Shown here in pieces: positions 1 to 7,950 of a stretch of 64,000 bases of DNA. The first letter of the stretch is position 1, and every line of letters starts with the position of its first letter. Made by a program: the position numbers and the translations under genes. The notes beneath the pieces are model-generated. The model was not told the DNA's origin. It did not search any database and was given only the letters and a program-made list of their open reading frames with translations. This DNA is from a virus (taxonomy: Duplodnaviria; Heunggongvirae; Uroviricota; Caudoviricetes; Schitoviridae): positions 1-64,000 of the IMG/VR virus record IMGVR_UViG_2974544868_000001. One strand, 5' to 3'.

Positions 1-188
1 GTGTCCACACATCACACATCACACCAAACACCCCCCCGGCATACATCACACTCACACCTGCACCCACCCCATGCTTCTTACATAGAGCTGCTGCTCCGCA
101 GCCCATGGATCTATTGCGTGTCCCTTCCACTCTCTTTCTGTGGTCATCAATCCTGTTGACCATCACTCATTGACTAGGAGAAATACAA

Positions 189-512
189 ATGGCTACCACT
201 GCCAATGCACGTCTGACTGCTTCGGCTCTGCTGGGTACTGTCACCACTGCTGCTGCCACTGTTACTTCCACTCTGGATGCTGCCCAGAAGGGTATCGGCA
301 TGCTCAACACTGCCATCAACGATGCCGCTTACCGTCAGGAAAAGCGTTCCAAGGTTGATCGCAAGAACTACGTAAAGAACCTCATCCGTGAAACTTCCGA
401 ACAGGAAGCCATGGCCAACGTCCGTGTCGAAGAGTTCCTCAAGAACAATCCGGCTGCTGCTTCCCACTACAAGGCCAGTTACGACGAACTGACCGAACTG
501 CTGGCTGACTAA
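189..512 (+). CDS. hypothetical early protein (107 aa), Ala/Thr-rich N-terminus
   Basis: ATG preceded by 'aggagaaatacaa'; it is the first ORF after the CA-rich leader and is followed by a hairpin plus T-run terminator. Confidence 0.55.
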   Translation: MATTANARLTASALLGTVTTAAATVTSTLDAAQKGIGMLNTAINDAAYRQEKRSKVDRKNYVKNLIRETSEQEAMANVRVEEFLKNNPAAASHYKASYDELTELLAD

Positions 513-519
513 GCTAGTT

Positions 520-556
520 GCTCCACTCCACCTTCGGGTTGGGGTGGAGCTTTTAA
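520..556 (+). terminator. rho-independent terminator
   Basis: imperfect GC stem 'gctccactccacc ttcg ggttggggtggagc' followed by tttt. Confidence 0.55.
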
Positions 557-710
557 TCTAGATAGTCCACAGATCTATCTACTGGATAGTCATATAGAGA
601 TAGAACTGATGGAGATGGACCGTTGAACTACTCTTCATCTCAACTTCCCCAATCCTCAGTCCTATCTCTCTATCCCTATCAACCTAGACTCCACCTATAT
701 CCAACGGAGA

Positions 711-962
711 TTGATCATGTCCCGTGAAGCTGATTGCTTCGAGCCTGCTCGCTCATACGATATTGGAACTTACCTTTGGTCAATTGGCTCTCAAGTAGCC
801 AGTCCAGAGATGGATCAGATCAAAGAGATCATCCAATTCCCTGTTGTTACCGAGACTGCTCAGTTCGGTTTCAACCAGCTCAACTCCAGCTATGAGGACT
901 ACTGCAAGCAGTCCTCTTTCCCAGCTGAAGACATTGATGTATGCGTCTTCAATCATAAATAG
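711..962 (+). CDS. hypothetical protein (83 aa)
   Basis: ORF in the early block; the next gene has RBS 'aggagg' immediately downstream. Confidence 0.4.
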   Translation: MIMSREADCFEPARSYDIGTYLWSIGSQVASPEMDQIKEIIQFPVVTETAQFGFNQLNSSYEDYCKQSSFPAEDIDVCVFNHK

Positions 963-971
963 GAGGAAAGA

Positions 972-1493
972 ATGTCCATGTATTACGCTGGCATCGGGAG
1001 TCGTGAGACTCCCAACAGCATCATGGTCCTCATGGCTGACATTGCCGAAACCCTTGCTGGGCTTGGCTATACGCTCAGGTCCGGTGGAGCTGGCGGTGCT
1101 GACACTGCCTTCGAAGAGGGCTGTGATCGAGCCAATGGCCCGAAGCTGATCTACATTCCGTGGAATGGATTCAGCGGTCGTCGCAAGCATGACCGTGGCA
1201 TCGTCACTGGCACCAGCCTTGAGGCTGAGCAACTGGCTGCTCAATTCCATCCCAACTGGAATGCCTGCTCTCCGGGAGCCAAGGCTCTGCATGCCCGCAA
1301 TGGATTCCAGATGCTGGGCGTCAATCTCAATGAGCCGTCCAAGTTCGTGGTCTGCTGGACACCGGGAGCCAGAGGCTCTGGTGGTACTGGGCAGGCCATT
1401 CGCATTGCCAAGCACTTTGGCATCCCTGTCTTCGATCTCGCTGATCGGAACAACTTCGACAAGTTAGCGAGGTTCGTTAACAGTGTTGCGTAA
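972..1493 (+). CDS. SLOG-superfamily (DprA/Smf/LOG-like) Rossmann-fold protein
   Basis: strong RBS 'aggaggaaagaATG'; motifs 'YAGIGSRETP' and 'LRSGGAGGADTAFEEG' match the DprA 'GSR...SGGAxGxD' pattern; 'WTPGARGSGGTGQAIRIA' resembles LOG 'PGGxGT'. Confidence 0.5.
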   Translation: MSMYYAGIGSRETPNSIMVLMADIAETLAGLGYTLRSGGAGGADTAFEEGCDRANGPKLIYIPWNGFSGRRKHDRGIVTGTSLEAEQLAAQFHPNWNACSPGAKALHARNGFQMLGVNLNEPSKFVVCWTPGARGSGGTGQAIRIAKHFGIPVFDLADRNNFDKLARFVNSVA

Positions 1494-1590
1494 GTTCCTG
1501 TGTCTGTTGGGATTCCATCGTTTTGCGGGCCTGACTCCACATGGTTTCTACTGTGACTGTGGTCACAAAACCCATTATAAGGATTGAACC

Positions 1591-1779
1591 GTGTCCAATC
1601 GCATCGACCGTAGTCTGGGCGTCAAGCCCTATTCGAACCATGGTGGCATGGCTGCTCCGCAGCCGAAGGGATTCAGCCTCAAGCTGAAGACCGTGCTGGT
1701 ATGGCTGGCCCTCATTGTGGCTGGTGCAGCTCTCTATCCCACCACCAACTGCGTGGAGGGTGTCCGCTGTGCAGACTGA
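1591..1779 (+). CDS. small hypothetical protein with C-terminal hydrophobic helix (62 aa)
   Basis: GTG start; hydrophobic segment 'VLVWLALIVAGAALY'. Confidence 0.35.
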   Translation: MSNRIDRSLGVKPYSNHGGMAAPQPKGFSLKLKTVLVWLALIVAGAALYPTTNCVEGVRCAD

Positions 1780-2032
1780 ACCAAGGGCAGAGATGAACAA
1801 CTTCACCCATCTGAAGTTCAACCCGATATAGGTGACTCATGGAACACAATGCAGGACCAACCACGTACAACCAATTGATTTCATTGGGAATGTCACCCAG
1901 TGAGATCACCAACTGTCAGCACCTCGGTCTCACTTATGACGACATGATCGAGCTGCTCGCAGAGCAACTGACGTACTAACCAGCCCTTTGTATGGGCGTC
2001 AACTTTCAACTTCCCTTTTTGAGGTAATTCCA

Positions 2033-2467
2033 ATGTCCGACCAGATGAGCGATTTCGACAAGACCTTCGGTGCCAAGGCCAACCAGACCGGCACCGGCCT
2101 GCGTTCCAATGCTGCTCCCAGCGAGAAGCCCAAGGCACAGGTGTGGATCAACGTTGGCTACGAGACCAACACCACCGATGCAGCAGGCGATCCGACGACC
2201 GAGTTCGTCGCACTGTCGCAGGGCATTCCGCTCGACACCATCGAGCCGGAAGAGACCAACCACACCAATGCCTTCTTCCAGAAGAAGGCCCGTGCACGCA
2301 ACAACCTGCGTGAACAGCTGCTGGGTGTCGCAGCCACGCTGAAGCCGGGCGAAGAGAAGATCTACGGTGCACGTGGATCGCTCCAGATCCAGATCCGTCG
2401 CATCAAGGACGCTGCCGCCGCAGTGGCCGATGATCAGAACGACCTGATCCAGAGCTTGACGCTGTAA
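2033..2467 (+). CDS. hypothetical protein (144 aa)
   Basis: ATG with upstream 'gagg'; acidic, Thr-rich protein; the longer track ORF starts at 1988 but lacks an RBS. Confidence 0.55.
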   Translation: MSDQMSDFDKTFGAKANQTGTGLRSNAAPSEKPKAQVWINVGYETNTTDAAGDPTTEFVALSQGIPLDTIEPEETNHTNAFFQKKARARNNLREQLLGVAATLKPGEEKIYGARGSLQIQIRRIKDAAAAVADDQNDLIQSLTL

Positions 2468-2616
2468 CAGCAATGCCCATGGGCCTTCTTCGGAGGGTCC
2501 ATGGAGAGTGGCCCGTGCCAACCACAGCGGATGTGCCAAGTGGCACTGCTTAATCCGCCAAGAGTTGACGGGTCACTCTCCATGCAATGGGCATGATTGG
2601 AACCAGAGACAGATAG

Positions 2617-2793
2617 ATGACCATCAAGCACAACGGTAAGCCGGGTGTTCCGCAGTCCTACAAGGACACCGCCCAGATGTTGGAAGATGCCGGACGCTTC
2701 AACACCAAGCCCAACTACACCGGCAAGAAGAAGGGTGGATCGAACTATGCCAAGGCAGCTCGTTCCTCCCGTCACGGTTACAGCAACCAGTGA
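2617..2793 (+). CDS. small basic protein (58 aa), not in the ORF track
   Basis: ATG at 2617 and TGA at 2791 by hand translation (MTIKHNGKPGVPQSYKDTAQ...); a terminator hairpin lies immediately downstream. Confidence 0.4.
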   Translation: MTIKHNGKPGVPQSYKDTAQMLEDAGRFNTKPNYTGKKKGGSNYAKAARSSRHGYSNQ

Positions 2794-2800
2794 CCCATGA

Positions 2801-2831
2801 GAGCACCCAACAGGGTGCTCTTTCTTTTTTT
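2801..2831 (+). terminator. rho-independent terminator
   Basis: 'gagcaccc aaca gggtgctc' followed by tttcttttttt. Confidence 0.7.
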
Positions 2832-2918
2832 CCTCTACCTAAATACCAAAGTTGGAATTTCAACGTAAATAGGTAGAAAGCGACCTATAAGGTCACCAAC
2901 CCACATGTGAGGTTAAAT

Positions 2919-3104
2919 ATGAAGAAGATTCTGGTCGTACTGACCCTGCTCATGCTGGCCGGTTGCACCCGTCAGGTGCTGCCCAATGAGGTCGATCCAC
3001 AGATCCAGAAGCCCAGCAGTGCTCCGGAACGGTTCATCGATACCGAGTACAGCGTGGTCTGCTATTGGCATTACCGGGACGCCATCAGCTGCGTGAAGGT
3101 CTGA
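2919..3104 (+). CDS. small lipoprotein (signal peptide plus lipobox LAGC)
   Basis: MKKILVVLTLLMLAGC...; ATG preceded by 'gaggttaaat'. Confidence 0.5.
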   Translation: MKKILVVLTLLMLAGCTRQVLPNEVDPQIQKPSSAPERFIDTEYSVVCYWHYRDAISCVKV

Positions 3105-3107
3105 GCC

Positions 3108-3467
3108 ATGGACCTGAAGAAGCTCACCTTCCAGATGGACAAGGCCAGTGGTGAGAGTCGGACGGTCATCGTTATCGCCTCCACCACTGCCACTGGCCGA
3201 TTGGTTCGAACCATGTTCGACAGGCCCATCACTGTCCATGCTGATGAAACGATGCGATTGGTGAAGGAAGAAGTCCTTCCCAATCCCGGCATCGTCGGGA
3301 CCAAGCCTGATGTCGTCATCATCGATGACTTCACGGAACTTGAAGAACGAGTACATGCCAATCTCTGTGAGATTGGGAGACCTGAACCTATCTTGGATAA
3401 GCCTGAACCTTGCTGGAGCCAAGGTGATAGGACTTATGGCAAGAAGAATCGGAGATTCAAACGGTGA
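3108..3467 (+). CDS. hypothetical protein (119 aa)
   Basis: ORF tightly packed after the lipoprotein gene. Confidence 0.5.
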   Translation: MDLKKLTFQMDKASGESRTVIVIASTTATGRLVRTMFDRPITVHADETMRLVKEEVLPNPGIVGTKPDVVIIDDFTELEERVHANLCEIGRPEPILDKPEPCWSQGDRTYGKKNRRFKR

Positions 3468-3637
3468 AAATCTGGCATCTGATGGTTGGCCTGTTCTTGG
3501 CCATCATCATCATTGCCAATATCAAAGCTGTGCTCACTCTCGTGGCCATCTTGGCTGTGGTGATCATGGTTTTGGTGTTGGTTGTCCTCTGCGGAGCCAT
3601 CGTATGGCTCATTGACAAGGTGTTCTTCAATGGCTGA
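3464..3637 (+). CDS. tiny hydrophobic membrane protein (51-57 aa)
   Basis: GTGA overlap with the upstream stop (alternative ATG at 3482); almost entirely TM sequence 'LFLAIIIIANIKAVLTLVAILAVVIMVLVLVVLCGAIVWLI'. Confidence 0.4.
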   Translation: MKIWHLMVGLFLAIIIIANIKAVLTLVAILAVVIMVLVLVVLCGAIVWLIDKVFFNG

Positions 3638-3803
3638 TCTCATCTGTGCACTGCTTGCAGGCATCACAGCAGTCCTTCTGCTGCTCGTGATCACCATTTT
3701 CGAGACCATGCCGCTGGCTCCCATGCCAATCCGCAGGATTGTGAAGCAATCCATCCCTTTGTTCATCGTTGTGGCTGTCACAACGTACATTCTCCTTATC
3801 TGA
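3630..3803 (+). CDS. tiny membrane protein (57 aa)
   Basis: ATGGCTGA overlap with the preceding stop; two hydrophobic helices; the track ORF 3582..3803 shares the frame. Confidence 0.45.
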   Translation: MADLICALLAGITAVLLLLVITIFETMPLAPMPIRRIVKQSIPLFIVVAVTTYILLI

Positions 3804-3811
3804 GGTTATAT

Positions 3812-4207
3812 ATGAAGAAGACCATTTTCGTGTTCGGTTCCAACGAGGGCGGCATCCATGGTGCTGGCGCTGCTGCCTTCGCCTACTCCAAGAAGGGTGC
3901 TCGCTGGGGCCATGGCTATGGCGTCAGTGGCAACAGCTGGGCCATCCCAACCAAGGCTGCTGCCGATGGCATGGTGGGCGACACGCTGCCGCTGGAACGC
4001 ATCAGGCAGTACGTCAGCGGCTTCCTCGCATTCGCTCATGGCCACCCGGACATGACCTTTGAGGTCACTCGCATCGGCTGTGGTCTGGCTGGCCTGAAGG
4101 ATGAGGACATCGCTCCGATGTTCCTGAGTGCTCCCAGCAACTGCCAGTTCGATTCCGCATGGAAGCCGTGGCTGGGTGATGAGGCCACCTACTGGGGGAC
4201 GTTCTGA
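3812..4207 (+). CDS. Gly-rich Rossmann-like protein (possible SLOG/macro-like nucleotide-binding fold)
   Basis: motif 'IFVFGSNEGGIHGAGAAAFA...GHGYGVSGNSWAIPTK'; the family assignment is uncertain. Confidence 0.45.
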   Translation: MKKTIFVFGSNEGGIHGAGAAAFAYSKKGARWGHGYGVSGNSWAIPTKAAADGMVGDTLPLERIRQYVSGFLAFAHGHPDMTFEVTRIGCGLAGLKDEDIAPMFLSAPSNCQFDSAWKPWLGDEATYWGTF

Positions 4208-4392
4208 TGCGCAAGGTCATGGCCTACAAGGCCATCAGTTCCTTCAACAACCTCAAGCAGCTGGAGCACGAAGTAAACGAGATGCTCAAACAAGGCTGGG
4301 AATTGTGGGGTGATCTGCACACCACCATGGCCACTCGGACCATTGTCCGTACCCAGACGCTGGTCAAGTACGAGGAAATCCCTGATGCGTAA
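4207..4392 (+). CDS. hypothetical protein (61 aa)
   Basis: ATG overlaps the upstream stop (TGATG). Confidence 0.45.
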   Translation: MRKVMAYKAISSFNNLKQLEHEVNEMLKQGWELWGDLHTTMATRTIVRTQTLVKYEEIPDA

Positions 4393-4594
4393 ACCCATCC
4401 TTCGCTATGAGCGTGCGTGGCACGTCAACAAAGACGATGCTGGATGCCCTTCCGTGCGGGTTGTCCTGCATGCCGCATCTGGTGGGCATGAGCACATGAC
4501 TGTCCACGGGGTGATCGAGATGAAGTTCAACGACTATGGCTCGGTCATTCGATTCGAGACCAAACACAAAATCTTCGTACAGGTGAAATCATGA
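4385..4594 (+). CDS. hypothetical protein (69 aa)
   Basis: ATG at 4385 overlaps the upstream TAA; in frame with the C-terminal part of track ORF 4310..4594. Confidence 0.45.
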   Translation: MRKPILRYERAWHVNKDDAGCPSVRVVLHAASGGHEHMTVHGVIEMKFNDYGSVIRFETKHKIFVQVKS

Positions 4595-4959
4595 AGAAGT
4601 CTGTCCGCTACGCCATTGTGGATGCCAAGAGCAAGTCCGTGATGTTGGACTTCGGTCCTCATAAGGATCTGCTCGACAAGCACGTCAACTGGCACAAGGA
4701 ACGCTATGGCAGTGAGCCAGGCGGCCTGCAAGCCCGTGTCACCACCACGGTTCAGATCGAACCAGCAGATGAGCCAGTGACCGAGACTTCGGTCGGCATC
4801 ACTCTGCTCCATGGTTCCAGCCTCGTGCTGACCACTGATGGCAACTTCGCTGTCCATGATCGTGAAAGCGATCTCTACATCTCCGTTGGTCCTGCAACAA
4901 CCTCCACGCTCAACGCCATCATTGATGCTGCTGAGCGTCTGAAAGTTCACGTCAAGTAA
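4591..4959 (+). CDS. hypothetical protein (122 aa)
   Basis: ATGA overlap; RBS 'aggtgaaatc'. Confidence 0.55.
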   Translation: MKKSVRYAIVDAKSKSVMLDFGPHKDLLDKHVNWHKERYGSEPGGLQARVTTTVQIEPADEPVTETSVGITLLHGSSLVLTTDGNFAVHDRESDLYISVGPATTSTLNAIIDAAERLKVHVK

Positions 4960-4970
4960 GGAGTTTCACA

Positions 4971-5792
4971 ATGAGCCAAGATGCGAAGAAGCGTGCTCAT
5001 CAGCATTTGCTCGAAGAGACGTATTCGAAGAACCAGCTGATCCCTCGGGTCATGGCTGAGTTCGACAAGCCGATCTTTACCGACCACATGCAACATCACA
5101 ACGTGCCTGTTCCGTTCGGACTGAACCTCATGGTTCAGATGGCACTGCACAAGCGTGCTGACCTGAAGACCCTCATTGGTCTGCTGCGTCCGCATGCGAA
5201 TCACAACGGGCAGGCTGCTGCTGATCTGCTCGACAAGTGCATCAACATCGGTCTGGTCTATTACGACGGAACCAAGGAACAGTTCATCGTTCGCTTTGAG
5301 ATCCCGGAGGCATTGCAGGAACAGCTGGATCGTTTCCAGTTCCCTCTGCCGATGGTGATCGAACCGTTGGAAGTCAAGACCAACAAGCAGAGTGGCTATG
5401 TCACCAAGCATGGTTCCATCATTCTGCGTAACAATCACCATGACGATGATGTGTGTCTCGACCATATCAATCGAGTGAACAAGATTCCGTTCAAGATTGA
5501 TGAAGTGGTTGCAAGCCTCGTGAAGAACGAGTGGCGCAACATGGACAAGCCCAAAGATGGCGAGTCCAAGCAGGAATTCGAGAAGCGCAAGCGTGCCTTC
5601 GAGAAGTATGACCGCGTTGCCCATGACGTGCTGGGTCTGTTGACCCAAGAGGGCAATCACTTCTATCTCACCCACAAGTATGACAAGCGTGGCCGCATCT
5701 ATTGTGTCGGCTACCACGTGAGCTATCAGGGCGCACCGTGGAATAAAGCTGTCATTGCATTCGCCAACGAAGAGGTCACTACCGATGAGTAA
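4971..5792 (+). CDS. N4 RNAPII small-subunit-like protein (N-terminal part of a split T7-like ssRNAP)
   Basis: 273 aa; RBS 'aaggag'; lies just upstream of the catalytic subunit, in the same arrangement and at similar sizes to N4 p4 (about 269 aa) and p7 (about 404 aa). Confidence 0.6.
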   Translation: MSQDAKKRAHQHLLEETYSKNQLIPRVMAEFDKPIFTDHMQHHNVPVPFGLNLMVQMALHKRADLKTLIGLLRPHANHNGQAAADLLDKCINIGLVYYDGTKEQFIVRFEIPEALQEQLDRFQFPLPMVIEPLEVKTNKQSGYVTKHGSIILRNNHHDDDVCLDHINRVNKIPFKIDEVVASLVKNEWRNMDKPKDGESKQEFEKRKRAFEKYDRVAHDVLGLLTQEGNHFYLTHKYDKRGRIYCVGYHVSYQGAPWNKAVIAFANEEVTTDE

Positions 5793-5955
5793 GAAAAAGG
5801 AATCCCCGAACTTCCCTCATATCGTGGAGTTCACTGACCTCAACGAGATGATGCAGGAAGTGCGTATCCACGCATCGAGGCATCGTCAGATTGCAATCGA
5901 CTTCAGCGAAACCAAGAACGCTTGGGTCGTCACCATCATGGGAGCATTCAACTGA
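5785..5955 (+). CDS. small hypothetical protein (56 aa)
   Basis: ATG overlapping the RNAP1 stop; in frame with track ORF 5755..5955. Confidence 0.4.
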   Translation: MSKKKESPNFPHIVEFTDLNEMMQEVRIHASRHRQIAIDFSETKNAWVVTIMGAFN

Positions 5956-6176
5956 TGTGTAAGAAATGCGTAGCAGCAGGAACCATGGGCAGTGCACTGG
6001 TAGTTGACGATGACAACGACATGGTTGCACTGCAAATCTCCGATGGGAACATCGTCACTGGTGTGATCATCGGTCCGGTCAACGAAGAGACCGTCAAGCT
6101 CATCGAGAACTATGCGAAGGAAGTTCGCAACCACCTCACCCTGATGAGTGCCAAGCAACCCGCTGTACTCAACTGA
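5955..6176 (+). CDS. small hypothetical protein (73 aa)
   Basis: TGATG overlap; in frame with track ORF 5922..6176. Confidence 0.4.
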   Translation: MCKKCVAAGTMGSALVVDDDNDMVALQISDGNIVTGVIIGPVNEETVKLIENYAKEVRNHLTLMSAKQPAVLN

Positions 6177-6212
6177 TTCAACCTCATTTCTCAAGACGCT
6201 TAGGAGCCGAGA

Positions 6213-7439
6213 ATGCAGACTTTTACTGGCAAGCAATACCTTCAGATCGATCTGGCCAATAACTTTGGACTGGACAAGCTGACGTGGAATGAACGTCTGG
6301 CTTGGTTCGAAGAGAACAAGCACCAGATCAACCAGATGCTGCCGGAGGCAGATGAACCAGCACTGTTTTTCGCAGGGCTGAAGGCATGGGACTACTTCCT
6401 CAAGCAGAAGCCCAGCGGTTACATGCCCAGCTTCGATGCAACCTCTTCGGGGTTGCAGATTCTGGCCTGCCTCACGGGTGATCGTAAGGCTGCTCAGCTG
6501 TGCAATGTGCTGGATTTCACCGAGGATGCAGTAGCACAACGCCGTGACGGTTACACCGTCATCTACAAGGCCATGGTCGAAGAACTGACCAAGATGGGTG
6601 TCTATGCAGGCGGCATCGAACGTGATGACTGCAAGCAGGCAATCATGACTGCTCTGTATGGCTCTGAAGCCATGCCCAAGCAGGTGTTCGGCGAAGGCGT
6701 ACAGCTGCGTGTCTTCTACAAGATCATGGCTGAGCATGCACCGGGTGCATGGGAACTCAATGACTTCTTCCGGCATGGTTGCTGGAATCCCGAAGCACTG
6801 GTCAACAGCTGGGTGTTGCCCGACAACTTCCATGTCCATGTCAAAGTCATGGACACCGTGAAGGAAGTCGTGCAGTTCCACAACCAGCCGTATGACACTT
6901 TCTACCGTGTGAACCAGCCCATGGAAGAGGGGCGTTCGATTGGTGCCAATGTGACCCACAGTCTCGATGGCATGATCGTTCGGGAGATGACTCGCCGTTG
7001 CATGTTTGAACCAGAGACCCTCATCCGAGTGATCCATGCTCTGAACAACCCGGCATCGCAGGAGTCCACTGATAAGGACTTCCAGATGACCGAGATCTTG
7101 TGGAACCACTACAAGAATTCAGGCTTCCTGAGTGCTCGCATTCTGGATCACCTGACTCCAGGCACAGTGTCGCTGGTCAATCCGGATGTCATCTGGGATC
7201 TGATCCGCACACTGCCGAACAAGCCGTTCGAACTCATTGCTGTGCATGACTGCTTCCGCTGCCTGCCCAACTATGTGAACGACCTGCGTCGGCAGTACAA
7301 CCAGATCCTCAGCGATCTGGCTCGCTCGGAGATGCTGTCCTTCATTCTGACCCAGCTGCTGGGCAAGAAGACCCGGATCGGTAAGCTCGATCCGAACATG
7401 TGGAAGGATGTTCTGCACGCGGAATACGCACTGTCCTGA
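6213..7439 (+). CDS. single-subunit RNA polymerase catalytic subunit (N4 RNAPII p7-like)
   Basis: T7-like motifs: A 'FDATSSGLQILACLTGD', B 'KQAIMTALYGS', C 'IAVHDCF'; RBS 'aggag'. Confidence 0.8.
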   Translation: MQTFTGKQYLQIDLANNFGLDKLTWNERLAWFEENKHQINQMLPEADEPALFFAGLKAWDYFLKQKPSGYMPSFDATSSGLQILACLTGDRKAAQLCNVLDFTEDAVAQRRDGYTVIYKAMVEELTKMGVYAGGIERDDCKQAIMTALYGSEAMPKQVFGEGVQLRVFYKIMAEHAPGAWELNDFFRHGCWNPEALVNSWVLPDNFHVHVKVMDTVKEVVQFHNQPYDTFYRVNQPMEEGRSIGANVTHSLDGMIVREMTRRCMFEPETLIRVIHALNNPASQESTDKDFQMTEILWNHYKNSGFLSARILDHLTPGTVSLVNPDVIWDLIRTLPNKPFELIAVHDCFRCLPNYVNDLRRQYNQILSDLARSEMLSFILTQLLGKKTRIGKLDPNMWKDVLHAEYALS

Positions 7440-7449
7440 TACCCTTCAA

Positions 7450-7474
7450 GGGGCCGCCATACCGGCGGCCCCAC
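7450..7474 (+). terminator. terminator-like GC hairpin
   Basis: 'ggggccgccataccggcggcccc' then 'actttg' (weak U-tract). Confidence 0.35.
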
Positions 7475-7497
7475 TTTGAACCAGAAGGGATAGACAG

Positions 7498-7875
7498 ATG
7501 AACTCGCACGAGAACCTGCGTTACAACTTCTTCTTCAACAAGACCCGCCGTGAGTTTCACGTCGTGCCTGAAGGCAAGACTGGCGGCCCGAACAGCTTCC
7601 CGTTCGGTGACTTCAAGCTGGAACAGGATGATGAGCGTACCTACAACCAGTACGAGGCCGACCTGTTGGCCGAGCTGGAAGCGGCGATCAACACCCTTCA
7701 GGACATCGATCCGACCGAATTCACCGTGAAGATCATCGGCTATGGTGGCGTCGAAAAGACCATCCCACCGGGCAAGGAGGTGGTCAAAGACCCCATCGAG
7801 CCAGAGATCCCGGTCCCGGTCTCCGGTGAGATCCGAGCCAAGGCCAAGGGCATCACTGGCGGCGAAGCAGGCTAA
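7498..7875 (+). CDS. hypothetical protein (125 aa)
   Basis: RBS 'gaaggga'; acidic, Pro-rich C-terminus. Confidence 0.5.
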   Translation: MNSHENLRYNFFFNKTRREFHVVPEGKTGGPNSFPFGDFKLEQDDERTYNQYEADLLAELEAAINTLQDIDPTEFTVKIIGYGGVEKTIPPGKEVVKDPIEPEIPVPVSGEIRAKAKGITGGEAG

Positions 7876-7950
7876 GAGCCTCATCTAGAGTATGATTCAG
7901 GGGCTGCCACATGGCAGCCCTTCTCGTCAACAGTCCTAGAGGACACTCCG

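Noticed and set aside
780-1415. Minus-strand ORFs overlapping + strand early and middle genes (e.g. 780..1415, 4947..5717, 5886..7109, 15443..16378, 16547..17893, 25263..26390, 26372..27550, 29304..30581, 39922..40770)
   Set aside because: All are antisense to better-supported + strand genes that have RBSs and recognisable motifs. The whole 1 to 41.7-kb arm is consistently + strand, so these are codon-bias artefacts.
3812-4207. Assigning the Gly-rich protein firmly to a macro-domain or NADAR family
   Set aside because: The motif 'GSNEGGIHGAGAAA' only loosely resembles macro 'NAAN..L..GGGV..AI..AAG', and the protein is too short. I left it as a Rossmann-like protein of uncertain family.
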